38,254 bases of DNA from a virus (IMGVR_UViG_3300045988_058293:1-38254), one strand, 5' to 3'. Shown: positions 6,142 through 14,052, counted from the first letter of the stretch. Notes: a model not told the origin generated them from the letters alone. Numbers and translations are program-made.

Positions 6142-6188
6142 CAACCTTGCCAAGGTTGGGGTCGCGGGTTCGATCCCCGTCTCGCGCT
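6142..6188 (+). other. 3' portion of tRNA-Gly(GCC), the likely attP core region
   Basis: caacc-TTGCCAA-ggttg anticodon arm (GCC), GCGGG-TTCGATC-CCCGT T-arm and ctcgcgc acceptor 3' strand. No matching 5' acceptor strand or D-arm upstream. Confidence 0.7.
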
Positions 6189-6211
6189 CTCTCAAAAAGC
6201 TAGTGTTTATG

Positions 6212-6241
6212 CGGATTCCCGAGTTTCGGGAGTCCGTTTTT
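6212..6241 (+). terminator. Terminator after the tRNA fragment
   Basis: GGATTCCCGA-GTT-TCGGGAGTCC hairpin followed by GTTTTT. Confidence 0.5.
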
Positions 6242-6259
6242 CGTTTACATAATGCAACT

Positions 6260-6282
6260 TGCTTAAAGTTTTTGCTTAAAGT
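6260..6282 (+). repeat. attP right arm-type repeats (2 x TGCTTAAAGT)
   Basis: TGCTTAAAGT at 6260 and 6273, adjacent to the 3' end of int. Confidence 0.6.
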
Positions 6283-6302
6283 TTTATTTGTTTTTGGTGA
6301 TA

Positions 6303-7520
6303 TCATAGCGCGCTTCGCTCCTCTATTTTCCCTCCTTCTAGCTTCCCGGCAGCGTATCCGGTAATTAAATCCATCTGCATATCTGTTTCAGCCTGTGCGT
6401 AAAACTGCATGAGTGTTTTAGGGCTGTTACCCATAACGGAGGAAATAAGGGCTGCATTTGGACAGCGCCGCATGTTATTTGTGGCGAAGCTTGTGCGGAG
6501 TCCGTACAATGTGATTTCAGGCAACAGAAAGGCCCCTTCTGGCAGTTTTCCGCGCTCTTTCTTATATTCCTCCATCTGGCGGTTATGTGCTGCTAAAAGC
6601 CGTTTAAACGCTTCTCCGTACTGATGCGGTTTGATCGGGTTGCCGTTCTGGCTGACAAAAAGAAAATCGTTATCCCCCCACGAGTGATCTATCATATGAT
6701 TTTTCCGTTTCCAGATCAGGCGCCGGTGAATGATATCGTATAAATATTTGGGGATCGGCGGCGTCCGGTGTGATCCGCCGGTTTTAAGATCGGTATCCAC
6801 TTCCCAATTATCATACCCTTTTTCAAAATCGATCATATACGTGGGCTTGCTGTTTAAACCGTTTTCGCGCAGGCCGCAGACTTCCCCAGGCCGTGCGCCC
6901 AGGAGAGCGGAGATCACGAACATGGGATAATAATGTGAAGACCTGACGTCTGGCAGATCGAGAAAATAAGTGACCATCTCATCGTTCCAGGTGACTTTCT
7001 TTTTTCTCGGCACTTTACACCGTTTAATACCTTTTACTGGATTACTGGTAATGCACTTAAGCGGATCAACAGCAAATCCGAATAAGTTTACCAGAACCGT
7101 GATGCATTTATTTACTGTCTCTGGGCTATGTTTTTCCTTCATGGCATTTACATACCGCTGTATATGTATACTTGTAATGTCAGATATGGCTCTGTCTCCG
7201 AACACGTCTTGTATATAATCTCCGTAAAACTGTGCGTATACATTCCATGTGCTGTTTGCATATACTGGTGGTTTCGTGGACTCGTGCCATAGTTTATACA
7301 CCTCGTCCACCTTTTCGGATTTTTTCGCCTTCGGAGCAGGGACCCGGCCGGCCTCGATCTCGAGTATGATTTTTGCCTCGTCCTTTTTGGCTTCTGACTT
7401 TGAAGCACGCATAGGGCCGGTGATAGCCCGCTTCTCCTCTGCGTACCAAACATTGGCAAAATACCTCGTTTTTGTTTTCCCAGTCTTTTTTGAGGTGTAG
7501 TTACTTTCCTGAATACTCAT
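6303..7520 (-). CDS. int: Tyrosine integrase
   Basis: ATG at 7520 with gaaggatga RBS (the track TTG at 7565 is less likely). Motifs LLGARPGEVCGL, LYGLRTSFATNN and MGNSPKTLMQFYAQ. Adjacent to attP. Confidence 0.9.
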   Translation of the reverse strand: MSIQESNYTSKKTGKTKTRYFANVWYAEEKRAITGPMRASKSEAKKDEAKIILEIEAGRVPAPKAKKSEKVDEVYKLWHESTKPPVYANSTWNVYAQFYGDYIQDVFGDRAISDITSIHIQRYVNAMKEKHSPETVNKCITVLVNLFGFAVDPLKCITSNPVKGIKRCKVPRKKKVTWNDEMVTYFLDLPDVRSSHYYPMFVISALLGARPGEVCGLRENGLNSKPTYMIDFEKGYDNWEVDTDLKTGGSHRTPPIPKYLYDIIHRRLIWKRKNHMIDHSWGDNDFLFVSQNGNPIKPHQYGEAFKRLLAAHNRQMEEYKKERGKLPEGAFLLPEITLYGLRTSFATNNMRRCPNAALISSVMGNSPKTLMQFYAQAETDMQMDLITGYAAGKLEGGKIEERSAL

Positions 7521-7713
7521 TGCATCATCCTTCTTTCTGGCCTGAAAGCCTGATTTTAAGCGCAAAAAAATACACCATACCGATTTACAGGTGGTGCCAG
7601 AAATGATACAATATAAGTGCTCTATTATATCGTATCGGCGCCGCGCCGGTATGTCTACTTATGCCCTCTGTGTTGGTAGCGCAGAGGGTTTATTAATTTG
7701 TAAGAAAAGGAAT

Positions 7714-7727
7714 AGAACAAATGTTCT
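7714..7727. promoter_or_regulatory. LexA (Cheo) box 1
   Basis: AGAACAAATGTTCT, a perfect GAAC-N4-GTTC palindrome 11 bp upstream of the -35 box at 7738. Confidence 0.7.
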
Positions 7728-7737
7728 TTTTTTAGGG

Positions 7738-7766
7738 TTGATTTTTAGCCCTAATAGTTATATAAT
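7738..7766 (+). promoter_or_regulatory. Sigma-A promoter (TTGATT-17-TATAAT) bracketed by LexA boxes
   Basis: TTGATT tttagccctaatagtta TATAAT. Confidence 0.65.
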
Positions 7767-7782
7767 TTTTATAGAACAAAAA

Positions 7783-7796
7783 AGAACAAACGTTCG
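7783..7796. promoter_or_regulatory. LexA (Cheo) box 2
   Basis: AGAACAAACGTTCG, about +10 to +24 relative to the promoter at 7738-7766. Confidence 0.7.
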
Positions 7797-8019
7797 ATTG
7801 CGTTATCCCACAATGTATCATGCTTCCTTTCCCGAGTGTTTGATACATGGCGCTTTGAATATTTGTGATTTATTTGCAACTAATTGGAAAATAGTGGAAA
7901 TTGCCAGATTTTTCCATATATAATTTTGAATAAAATGCACAAATATAATGGCTATATGCTATAATATATGTATAGTACATACATACGGCTGATGTTCTCG
8001 GAAAGGGAGGTACATATTT

Positions 8020-8136
8020 ATGACTATTGAAGAACTTAAAAAACAGATAATTGAAATGACCGAAAAAATTGACGACGAAGTATTGTTACGTCGCATTTAT
8101 CTTTTTACTGTGGTGGCTGCGGGAGAGAGCAAATAG
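8020..8136 (+). CDS. Small ORF (38 aa), candidate SOS-controlled anti-repressor
   Basis: Below the track cutoff. ATG with aaagggagg RBS. MTIEELKKQIIEMTEKIDDEVLLRRIYLFTVVAAGESK. Convergent with the repressor gene. The function is inference only. Confidence 0.4.
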   Translation: MTIEELKKQIIEMTEKIDDEVLLRRIYLFTVVAAGESK

Positions 8137-8145
8137 TTCTCTCCC
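8121..8145. terminator. Bidirectional terminator between the small ORF and the repressor gene
   Basis: GGGAGAGA-GCAAATAGT-TCTCTCCC. Confidence 0.6.
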
Positions 8146-8516
8146 TATTTTATTCCAAGCCATGCTTTCATAAATTCTTCTATGACTTTTAATTTTTCTG
8201 GTTCTGCTTCAGCCAAAAAATTTACGCCATTCTTAACAAATTCATTTTCAGTTATTCCTAATTTTCCTAAATTAAGAGAATAGCGATCGTCTTCTGAAAT
8301 CTTTGTGAACATATTTTCTTCTCCACCTTCTCCGGTTCGGAGCCATACCTCATTCACATTAAATTCTCTACATATTGATGTAATTATTGCATTTGACGGA
8401 TTTCTATTACCTGTTTCGTAGTTTGCTATGGTATTCCTTGCGGACCCAATTTTTTTTCCGAACTCTTCTTGCGTTAGATTTAATTTGTTACGCAATTCTT
8501 TTAAGCGTTCATTCAT
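8145..8516 (-). CDS. XRE/Cro-CI-type HTH repressor without a peptidase domain (123 aa)
   Basis: MNERLKELRNKLNLTQEEFGKKIGSARNTIANYETGNRNPS is a classic HTH_XRE N-terminus. ATG at 8516 with aggtgg RBS. Divergent from the early operon. Confidence 0.85.
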   Translation of the reverse strand: MNERLKELRNKLNLTQEEFGKKIGSARNTIANYETGNRNPSNAIITSICREFNVNEVWLRTGEGGEENMFTKISEDDRYSLNLGKLGITENEFVKNGVNFLAEAEPEKLKVIEEFMKAWLGIK

Positions 8517-8540
8517 TGTTGTCACCACCTTTATGTATTT

Positions 8541-8569
8541 ATGATATCACACAATGTTCTCAATGTCAA
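8541..8569 (-). promoter_or_regulatory. Repressor promoter (TTGACA-17-TATCAT) with an operator repeat in the spacer
   Basis: Minus strand reads TTGACA ttgagaacattgtgtga TATCAT. Contains AATGTTCTCAA (8553-8563). Confidence 0.65.
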
Positions 8570-8580
8570 CAAAATAGTAC

Positions 8581-8609
8581 TTGACATGCGGCTCGATGAG
8601 ACGTATAAT
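8581..8609 (+). promoter_or_regulatory. Early lytic promoter, perfect consensus TTGACA-17-TATAAT
   Basis: TTGACA tgcggctcgatgagacg TATAAT. A second AATGTTCTCAA copy at 8607-8617 overlaps the -10 box. Confidence 0.8.
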
Positions 8610-8643
8610 GTTCTCAACGGGTACAGGAAAGGAGGTGGATACA

Positions 8644-8817
8644 TTGGATAAAACTAAAATCAACCTTACAGATGATACTTTAAAGAACATTCTTATCATG
8701 GCTCCTATGCTTGATGAAATTGGACAGAACAGAGTATTCGGATTGATGTGTGGATTACTTCAGAATACGGTTCCACAGCAAGATCGTATGCAACAATCAA
8801 AACAAAAAACAAGCTAA
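8644..8817 (+). CDS. Small early protein (57 aa)
   Basis: TTG start at 8644, 6-7 nt after the aaaggaggtgg RBS. First gene of the early operon. Confidence 0.5.
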   Translation: MDKTKINLTDDTLKNILIMAPMLDEIGQNRVFGLMCGLLQNTVPQQDRMQQSKQKTS

Positions 8818-8854
8818 CATATGCACGTTGACAATTTAATCGGAGGTGATAACC

Positions 8855-9202
8855 GTGGGAATCGAAGACCGTCTTAACCGTCTGGAGGAAGAAAACGCAG
8901 CGTTGAAAGACCGCATTGCGTACCTGGAAGCCGTAGGGCTGGATGAGTTTCTTCCCCCGAAAGCCATAGCGGTTAAAATGCATTGCTCGAAGTCAACCGT
9001 ACTCAACTACATTAAGAGTGGCAGGATACAGGCCACGCGGAAGTTAGGGGACTGGAGGATACCGACGAGTCAGTTTTACAGAGAGGATTCAGAGGACGTG
9101 ATAACAGACGTGGAATCAGAATCGATGATCCGGCCGCAAAAGAAAAGAGGGCCGGAGAAAGAAGCAACCATGAAAGATATTGTTTTTGGCGGGAAGGGGT
9201 GA
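8855..9202 (+). CDS. Excisionase/MerR-type (HTH_17) DNA-binding protein
   Basis: LPPKAIAVKMHCSKSTVLNYIKSGRIQATRKLGDWRIPTSQF. GTG at 8855, 8 nt after GGAGG (the track start at 8846 abuts the RBS). Confidence 0.65.
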   Translation: MGIEDRLNRLEEENAALKDRIAYLEAVGLDEFLPPKAIAVKMHCSKSTVLNYIKSGRIQATRKLGDWRIPTSQFYREDSEDVITDVESESMIRPQKKRGPEKEATMKDIVFGGKG

Positions 9203-9207
9203 GACGA

Positions 9208-9345
9208 GTGAGAGAAGACCTGAATAATATTGGTATTGTAGCCCTTGATTACATGTACCGGTTTAGTGGGCTGGAAGTCGAGATCAACGACGGACGGATA
9301 GTAGACCATACATACATGTGGGATAGAACGGAGGCCGAGAAATGA
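9208..9345 (+). CDS. Small hypothetical protein (45 aa)
   Basis: Below the track cutoff. GTG after the gaaggggtga RBS. Confidence 0.35.
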   Translation: MREDLNNIGIVALDYMYRFSGLEVEINDGRIVDHTYMWDRTEAEK

Positions 9346-9497
9346 GCAAGCGCAAGAATGGTACATACAGAGCCGCCGCAGCTGCCGGTCTTAATCCGTA
9401 TGGCTGGGGAAACGGTAAGGCAAGAAAAAAGCCGCATGAGTACCGGAGAAATGAAAAGAGCCCGGCAGGTGCGAACTGCCATGGCTCAAGTGACTGA
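9342..9497 (+). CDS. Small basic hypothetical protein (51 aa)
   Basis: Below the track cutoff. ATGA overlap with the previous gene and acggagg RBS. Confidence 0.4.
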   Translation: MSKRKNGTYRAAAAAGLNPYGWGNGKARKKPHEYRRNEKSPAGANCHGSSD

Positions 9498-9545
9498 TAA
9501 ATAACTTATGACCCTATTATATAGGGAACTTCGGAGGAAATCAAT

Positions 9546-10097
9546 ATGTTATCGAAAAAAGATGTATCAACCTACGTTGAGAGAATGCAGGATATTGCAG
9601 AGAAAAAGGTTAAGGAAGAATACGATGCGGCCTGCTCAGCGGAAAAAAACAGGATTTTAGATGAGAGTGGAATCCGTGAACCTATAAAAAAGATGCAGCG
9701 CCTGGTAAATCAATTGGTAAAAGAAAATAGGGAACTTAATGAGATTTTAAAAAATGCTTCAGAGCTTACCAATCATAAATATAGTTGTGACGGTATTACA
9801 AGGAAACTGTCTGATATTGAAAATGTGGAGAAAGCAGCACTAAAGTATTTAGAATATGAATCTACCGAACTTGTCCGGCTAAAGAAGACGTATGAAGATA
9901 CCATTCGCAAAGTCCGCGCAAATTATACCGCAGTCATGGCAGAAGTTAAAAACAAAACAAATGCGAAGCGTGCAGTGGAATACCTTAAAGAACTCGGTTT
10001 TGATGTTTCCGCGCTGGAACAGATGCAGAATACCGAAATAATGGTGCAGTTAGATAAGCGTTATTTGTTTGTTGGAGGTAATCAGAATGAGAAATAA
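9546..10097 (+). CDS. Hypothetical coiled-coil early protein (183 aa)
   Basis: ATG with cggaggaaa RBS. Confidence 0.7.
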   Translation: MLSKKDVSTYVERMQDIAEKKVKEEYDAACSAEKNRILDESGIREPIKKMQRLVNQLVKENRELNEILKNASELTNHKYSCDGITRKLSDIENVEKAALKYLEYESTELVRLKKTYEDTIRKVRANYTAVMAEVKNKTNAKRAVEYLKELGFDVSALEQMQNTEIMVQLDKRYLFVGGNQNEK

Positions 10098-10269
10098 TAC
10101 AATTTTGATTTCTGTACCTTTGGAAAGTTTTTCTGCTGGTGTGGAAGCGCTTGCCAGAATCGAAATAATGAAAAGAAGTGTACAGGAAAGCAAGTATGGC
10201 CCTTCCAAAAAGGAGATAGCGGCAATTCTTGGATTTGAGCTTTCTCCAGAGGGCACGGAGGAAACATAA
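10087..10269 (+). CDS. Small hypothetical protein (60 aa)
   Basis: ATG at 10087 after the ttggaggt RBS. Confidence 0.5.
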   Translation: MRNNTILISVPLESFSAGVEALARIEIMKRSVQESKYGPSKKEIAAILGFELSPEGTEET

Positions 10270-10440
10270 ATGTATGTAGGAATCTGTACAGAGACAGGCA
10301 AGGTGGTGTCTGATGAAGATGCTTTTCGATATGCCATAGAGCGTATAACAAGTGGAAGGCCAGATGAACAGCAAGAATTTCTTGAATGGTACTATTCTGG
10401 AAATTGGGTAAAGGAGGATATCACGGATGACAATTCTTGA
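10270..10440 (+). CDS. Small hypothetical protein (56 aa)
   Basis: Below the track cutoff. TAAATG junction with the previous gene. Overlaps the start of the ERF gene. Confidence 0.45.
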   Translation: MYVGICTETGKVVSDEDAFRYAIERITSGRPDEQQEFLEWYYSGNWVKEDITDDNS

Positions 10441-11002
10441 AAAGTTATCAAAGATTCAATCAGAAATAAAAGTCCCAAAGACACTCCATAACAGTTTCGG
10501 AGGATATAACTACAGAAGCGCGGAGGGTATACAGGAAGCGTTTAAGCCATATGCCACGAAATATGGTGTTGCCCTGATCCCCACGCAAGAATTGATAATG
10601 ATCGGAAACAGATATTATGTTCAGTCTACAGCTACTTTATATGATATTGAAACTGGAGAATTTGTAAAGGCTACGGCCCATGCAAGAGAGGCTGAAAATA
10701 AAAAAGGAATGGACGAAAGCCAGATAACCGGAACTGCTTCCTCTTATGCAAAAAAATATGCATTATCGGCACTACTGCTTCTCGACGATTCCAAAGATGC
10801 AGATACAGACGAATACGTACAGGAACAAAGCGAGGAGGAGGCCACTACTGCGCAGAAGAAAACAATAGAATCCATTTGTAAGAAACATAAAATTGATGTT
10901 GAACAATTATGCCGAATTAATAGCTTGGAATGGAAAACTTTAACAGATGTAAGCGCTGGTAAGCTGCTTAATAGCTTAAAAATGAAATTTGGTGATGAAT
11001 AG
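10427..11002 (+). CDS. ERF-family single-strand annealing protein
   Basis: FGGYNYRSAEGIQEAFKP and ITGTASSYAKKYALSALL motifs. Acidic C-terminal tail. Confidence 0.85.
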   Translation: MTILEKLSKIQSEIKVPKTLHNSFGGYNYRSAEGIQEAFKPYATKYGVALIPTQELIMIGNRYYVQSTATLYDIETGEFVKATAHAREAENKKGMDESQITGTASSYAKKYALSALLLLDDSKDADTDEYVQEQSEEEATTAQKKTIESICKKHKIDVEQLCRINSLEWKTLTDVSAGKLLNSLKMKFGDE

Positions 11003-11013
11003 GGGCGGGTGTA

Positions 11014-11640
11014 ATGTACGAATACGCACGGATAACAGGGTATAAACCAGTTCAAGATGGTACATATTTACAGATTTTTGTACCTAATAAAAATCTCATG
11101 GAGTCGATCGAAGAAAAGAAAATGAGGAACTGTAACGTCTGGCTTGATGATGGGCGGCACATAAGCGCAGAGCAACGGAAAAAGGCATACGCAACTATTA
11201 ACGATATAGCAGCCTTTACCGGAGAGATGCCGGAAGTCATGAAAGAATGGCTCAAATACCTGCACATATACCGTACCGGCTGCGAGTACTTTTCACTCTC
11301 GTCTTGCTCTATGGATACAGCCAGGGAGTTTATCAATACAGTACTGGATTATGCACTGGAGGCTGGAGTACCGCTTTTAGATTTCGCGCTTAACCGTACT
11401 GATGATATAGGACATTACCTGTATGCATGTCTGAAACTTAAAAAATGTGCTATATGTGGCCGCCCGGGAGAGATTCATCATGTCGATGCTATCGGGATGG
11501 GAAATGACCGAAGAACGCTTGATGATTCGGAGCACCGAAAGATATGCCTGTGCCGTGTACATCATACAGAGGCTCATACAACCGGTTTTGATACCTTTTC
11601 GAACAAGTATAAGGTATACGGTATAAAGTACGAGGAATAA
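11014..11640 (+). CDS. Putative HNH nuclease (HNHc_6-like)
   Basis: CAICGRPGEIHHVDAIGMGNDR ... CLCRVHHTEAHT. Confidence 0.7.
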   Translation: MYEYARITGYKPVQDGTYLQIFVPNKNLMESIEEKKMRNCNVWLDDGRHISAEQRKKAYATINDIAAFTGEMPEVMKEWLKYLHIYRTGCEYFSLSSCSMDTAREFINTVLDYALEAGVPLLDFALNRTDDIGHYLYACLKLKKCAICGRPGEIHHVDAIGMGNDRRTLDDSEHRKICLCRVHHTEAHTTGFDTFSNKYKVYGIKYEE

Positions 11641-11768
11641 GCCTTGTCGGCTCTGAAACGGGCCTTTAGATAGGGGGCAAGAATTAATGTGTCACGAACA
11701 TAATAATTGCCATGGTATTGCCTCCGCCGTCTTTCGTCTGGCGGCGGGGGAACAAAGGAGGAATTACA

Positions 11769-12248
11769 GTGAGTTATATAGATTTAAGCGGTATGCATTT
11801 TGGGTTTCTGGTGGCTCGTGAATATGCAGGAAAGGGATACTGGAAGTGTCAATGTCTTAACTGCGGAAAAGACAAACTGGTCAAAGGGGAACATCTTAGA
11901 CTGGGGAATGTAAAGTCCTGCGGCTGTTTGAAGGAAGAGCAGGAGACACGCGGAAAGAGGGATACAAACAGCTATGTTATACGTACTCACAAAGGTGAGG
12001 AAATTAACGTAGATGCCGAAGATGTGGATAGACTGTCAAAACATTCATGGTCGATCGGAATAGATGGATATCCACAGGCCAGGGTAAATGGAAAGATGAT
12101 GCGTATGCATGAGTATTTGATCGGGCAGTACCGCGGTGATGGACTTATGATCGATCATATCAACCATAATCGAGCTGATAACCGGAGAAGTAATTTACGA
12201 ATCGTTACCCCGGCTCAAAACGCCAGAAAATCAGGGATTGAGGTGTAG
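11769..12248 (+). CDS. HNH homing-type endonuclease
   Basis: GTG at 11769 after the aaaggagg RBS. WKCQCLNCGKDKLV..SCGC, then IDHINHNRADNRRSNLRIVTPAQN. Confidence 0.75.
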   Translation: MSYIDLSGMHFGFLVAREYAGKGYWKCQCLNCGKDKLVKGEHLRLGNVKSCGCLKEEQETRGKRDTNSYVIRTHKGEEINVDAEDVDRLSKHSWSIGIDGYPQARVNGKMMRMHEYLIGQYRGDGLMIDHINHNRADNRRSNLRIVTPAQNARKSGIEV

Positions 12249-12250
12249 GA

Positions 12251-13054
12251 ATGGCAAACAAGAGAATGTTCTCAAAGGCAATTATTGACAGCGATATGTT
12301 CCTGGATATGCCGAAATCAGCCCAGGCGCTTTACTTTCATCTCGGCATGAGGGCGGATGATGATGGATTCCTTGACAATGCAAAAAAGATTATGCGCAGC
12401 ATTGGAGCCAGTGAGGACGATTATAAAATTCTTGTGGCAAAAAATTACATAATCCAGATGGAAAAGGGGATCTGTGTAATCACACATTGGTGGGTCCATA
12501 ACTACATCCAGAGGGACCGCTACAAGGAGACAATCCACCTCGAAGAAAAGGCACTTTTGACCCAAACAGAGACCGGCGTATACACTTTGGATACAGAATG
12601 TGTACAGCCTGTATCCGTTTCGGCTTCTCAGATTAGATTAGATAAGATTAGTATAGATAAGATTAATAATAATATACCGGCTTCCGCTGACGCTACAGCC
12701 TCACCTGACGTCAAAGTAAAACATAAATACGGAGAATTTAGACATGTTATGTTGACCGATGATGAAAAGGGAAAACTACAGGCTGAATACGGCGAGGGTA
12801 TGGCAGAAAAAGCAATCACGTTCCTTGATGAGTATATCGAGATGAAAGGCTATAAAGCAAAGAGCCATTATCTGGCAATCCGTAAATGGGTGATAAATGC
12901 GGTGAAAGAAGCTGAGCAGAAGGACAAAGGACGGACAGGAAAACAGAAAACAAATCAGTTTCAGCAGTTTCCACAGCGCGAGGTTGATTATGACGCTCTG
13001 GTAATGCAGGGACTACAGGATATGGGAGATGGTGAACATGGGAAAGAGATATAA
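12251..13054 (+). CDS. Phage replisome organiser (DnaD-like C-terminus)
   Basis: FSKAIIDSDMFLDMPKSAQALYFHLGMRADDDGF N-terminal signature. C-terminal part is DnaD-like (KSHYLAIRKWV). Confidence 0.85.
   Translation: MANKRMFSKAIIDSDMFLDMPKSAQALYFHLGMRADDDGFLDNAKKIMRSIGASEDDYKILVAKNYIIQMEKGICVITHWWVHNYIQRDRYKETIHLEEKALLTQTETGVYTLDTECVQPVSVSASQIRLDKISIDKINNNIPASADATASPDVKVKHKYGEFRHVMLTDDEKGKLQAEYGEGMAEKAITFLDEYIEMKGYKAKSHYLAIRKWVINAVKEAEQKDKGRTGKQKTNQFQQFPQREVDYDALVMQGLQDMGDGEHGKEI
12639..12665. repeat. Direct repeats (2 x TAGATAAGATTA, preceded by GATTAGATTA), candidate origin iterons
   Basis: 12639-12650 and 12654-12665, followed by AT-rich aataataatata. Located in the linker of the replisome-organiser gene. 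Confidence 0.4.
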
Positions 13055-13829
13055 TCCCGAAAATTTTGTTGACAGGGGATACATGGATTCCAAATTTGCG
13101 GAACTCAGAACGGAATTGATTACGTACTTTGACGGCAGATTACGGGAACTACAGGAAGGGATATGTACAGAATCGAAGCCTTTGGCGGCAGGAAAGAAGA
13201 CAGCAACACCTGTTAGAAAGCAGGAAGGGGAGCCAGACCCGTACATGATTTGGAAAATGAACATGAATAAAAGAGGTACTGAACTGGCGAAGAAATATCC
13301 GAAGCAAAATGATTCGTTAAACACTGTATTGCGGAAGATATACCTTAAAATGGATCGGCAATATGGGGTTTGCCTGGCACAGGAAGTAAAAGACTGTAAA
13401 GGCGGATCAGATAAAAAACCATCAACGCTTGAGGCTATTTCTCGAAGTGAAAAGTTAAGAAATCTTTTTGAATCGATCCTCTACAACATGGAGGATGAGT
13501 GCAAGCTCCGTGAGGAAAAGACCCAGGCAGCAGATGCAGACATGCTTGCCCGTACCCGTCAGGAGATCATTCAGCCGCTTATTGATGCCCGCAACGATCA
13601 CAGCATATACGGCAGCGCCACATACTCAGCCGTGGGAGCCAGAATGAGAAAGAAGGGAATTGATTTCGAGTCGGTCGAAGCGGCATACCGCGGGAAAACT
13701 GGGATCAAGAGGAAAATCAAACACAACGAGTTGATCGACAATGATGCAGACCTGAAAAAGAAATTTGCGGAGACTGTAGCTGAGATGCTTCACGAGGCCG
13801 GAAAGGCAGACCATGAAAGAGCGTCATAA
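13029..13829 (+). CDS. Hypothetical replication-module protein (266 aa)
   Basis: Long ORF overlapping the end of the upstream gene. The start could be 13029 or 13038. Confidence 0.65.
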   Translation: MVNMGKRYNPENFVDRGYMDSKFAELRTELITYFDGRLRELQEGICTESKPLAAGKKTATPVRKQEGEPDPYMIWKMNMNKRGTELAKKYPKQNDSLNTVLRKIYLKMDRQYGVCLAQEVKDCKGGSDKKPSTLEAISRSEKLRNLFESILYNMEDECKLREEKTQAADADMLARTRQEIIQPLIDARNDHSIYGSATYSAVGARMRKKGIDFESVEAAYRGKTGIKRKIKHNELIDNDADLKKKFAETVAEMLHEAGKADHERAS

Positions 13830-14052
13830 GCAGATCAGAGATTACATTGTCCAGTACACCATAACCCACGGCTGGCCGCCCTCGGTGCGAGAGATCGGGG
13901 AGGGCGTAGGGCTGGAGAGCAAGAGCAGTGTACACCTGCATCTTAAGCAGATGGCGGACGATGGGATCATCAAGATGGTGCCAGGGCAGCCGCGGTGTGT
14001 AACGGTGCCGGGGCTGGTAATTGAATGGAAAGGGGAACAAGAAAATGTATAG
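13813..14052 (+). CDS. LexA N-terminal DNA-binding domain protein lacking the S24 peptidase domain (79 aa)
   Basis: HGWPPSVREIGEGVGLESKSSVHLHLKQMADDGIIKMVPGQPRCVTV parallels LexA GYPPSVREIGEAVGL.S.S.VH.HL. The ORF ends right after the winged helix. Confidence 0.8.
   Translation: MKERHKQIRDYIVQYTITHGWPPSVREIGEGVGLESKSSVHLHLKQMADDGIIKMVPGQPRCVTVPGLVIEWKGEQENV

Noticed and set aside
6142-6188. Possible intact tRNA-Gly gene
   Set aside because: Only the anticodon arm, T-arm and 3' acceptor strand are present. No complementary 5' acceptor strand (GCGCGAG) or D-arm lies upstream. It is interpreted as the attP core.
7591-7923. 110-aa plus-strand ORF between int and the repressor
   Set aside because: It has a GTG start with no RBS and runs straight through two LexA boxes and a consensus promoter. 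The peptide is low-complexity. It is treated as a regulatory region.
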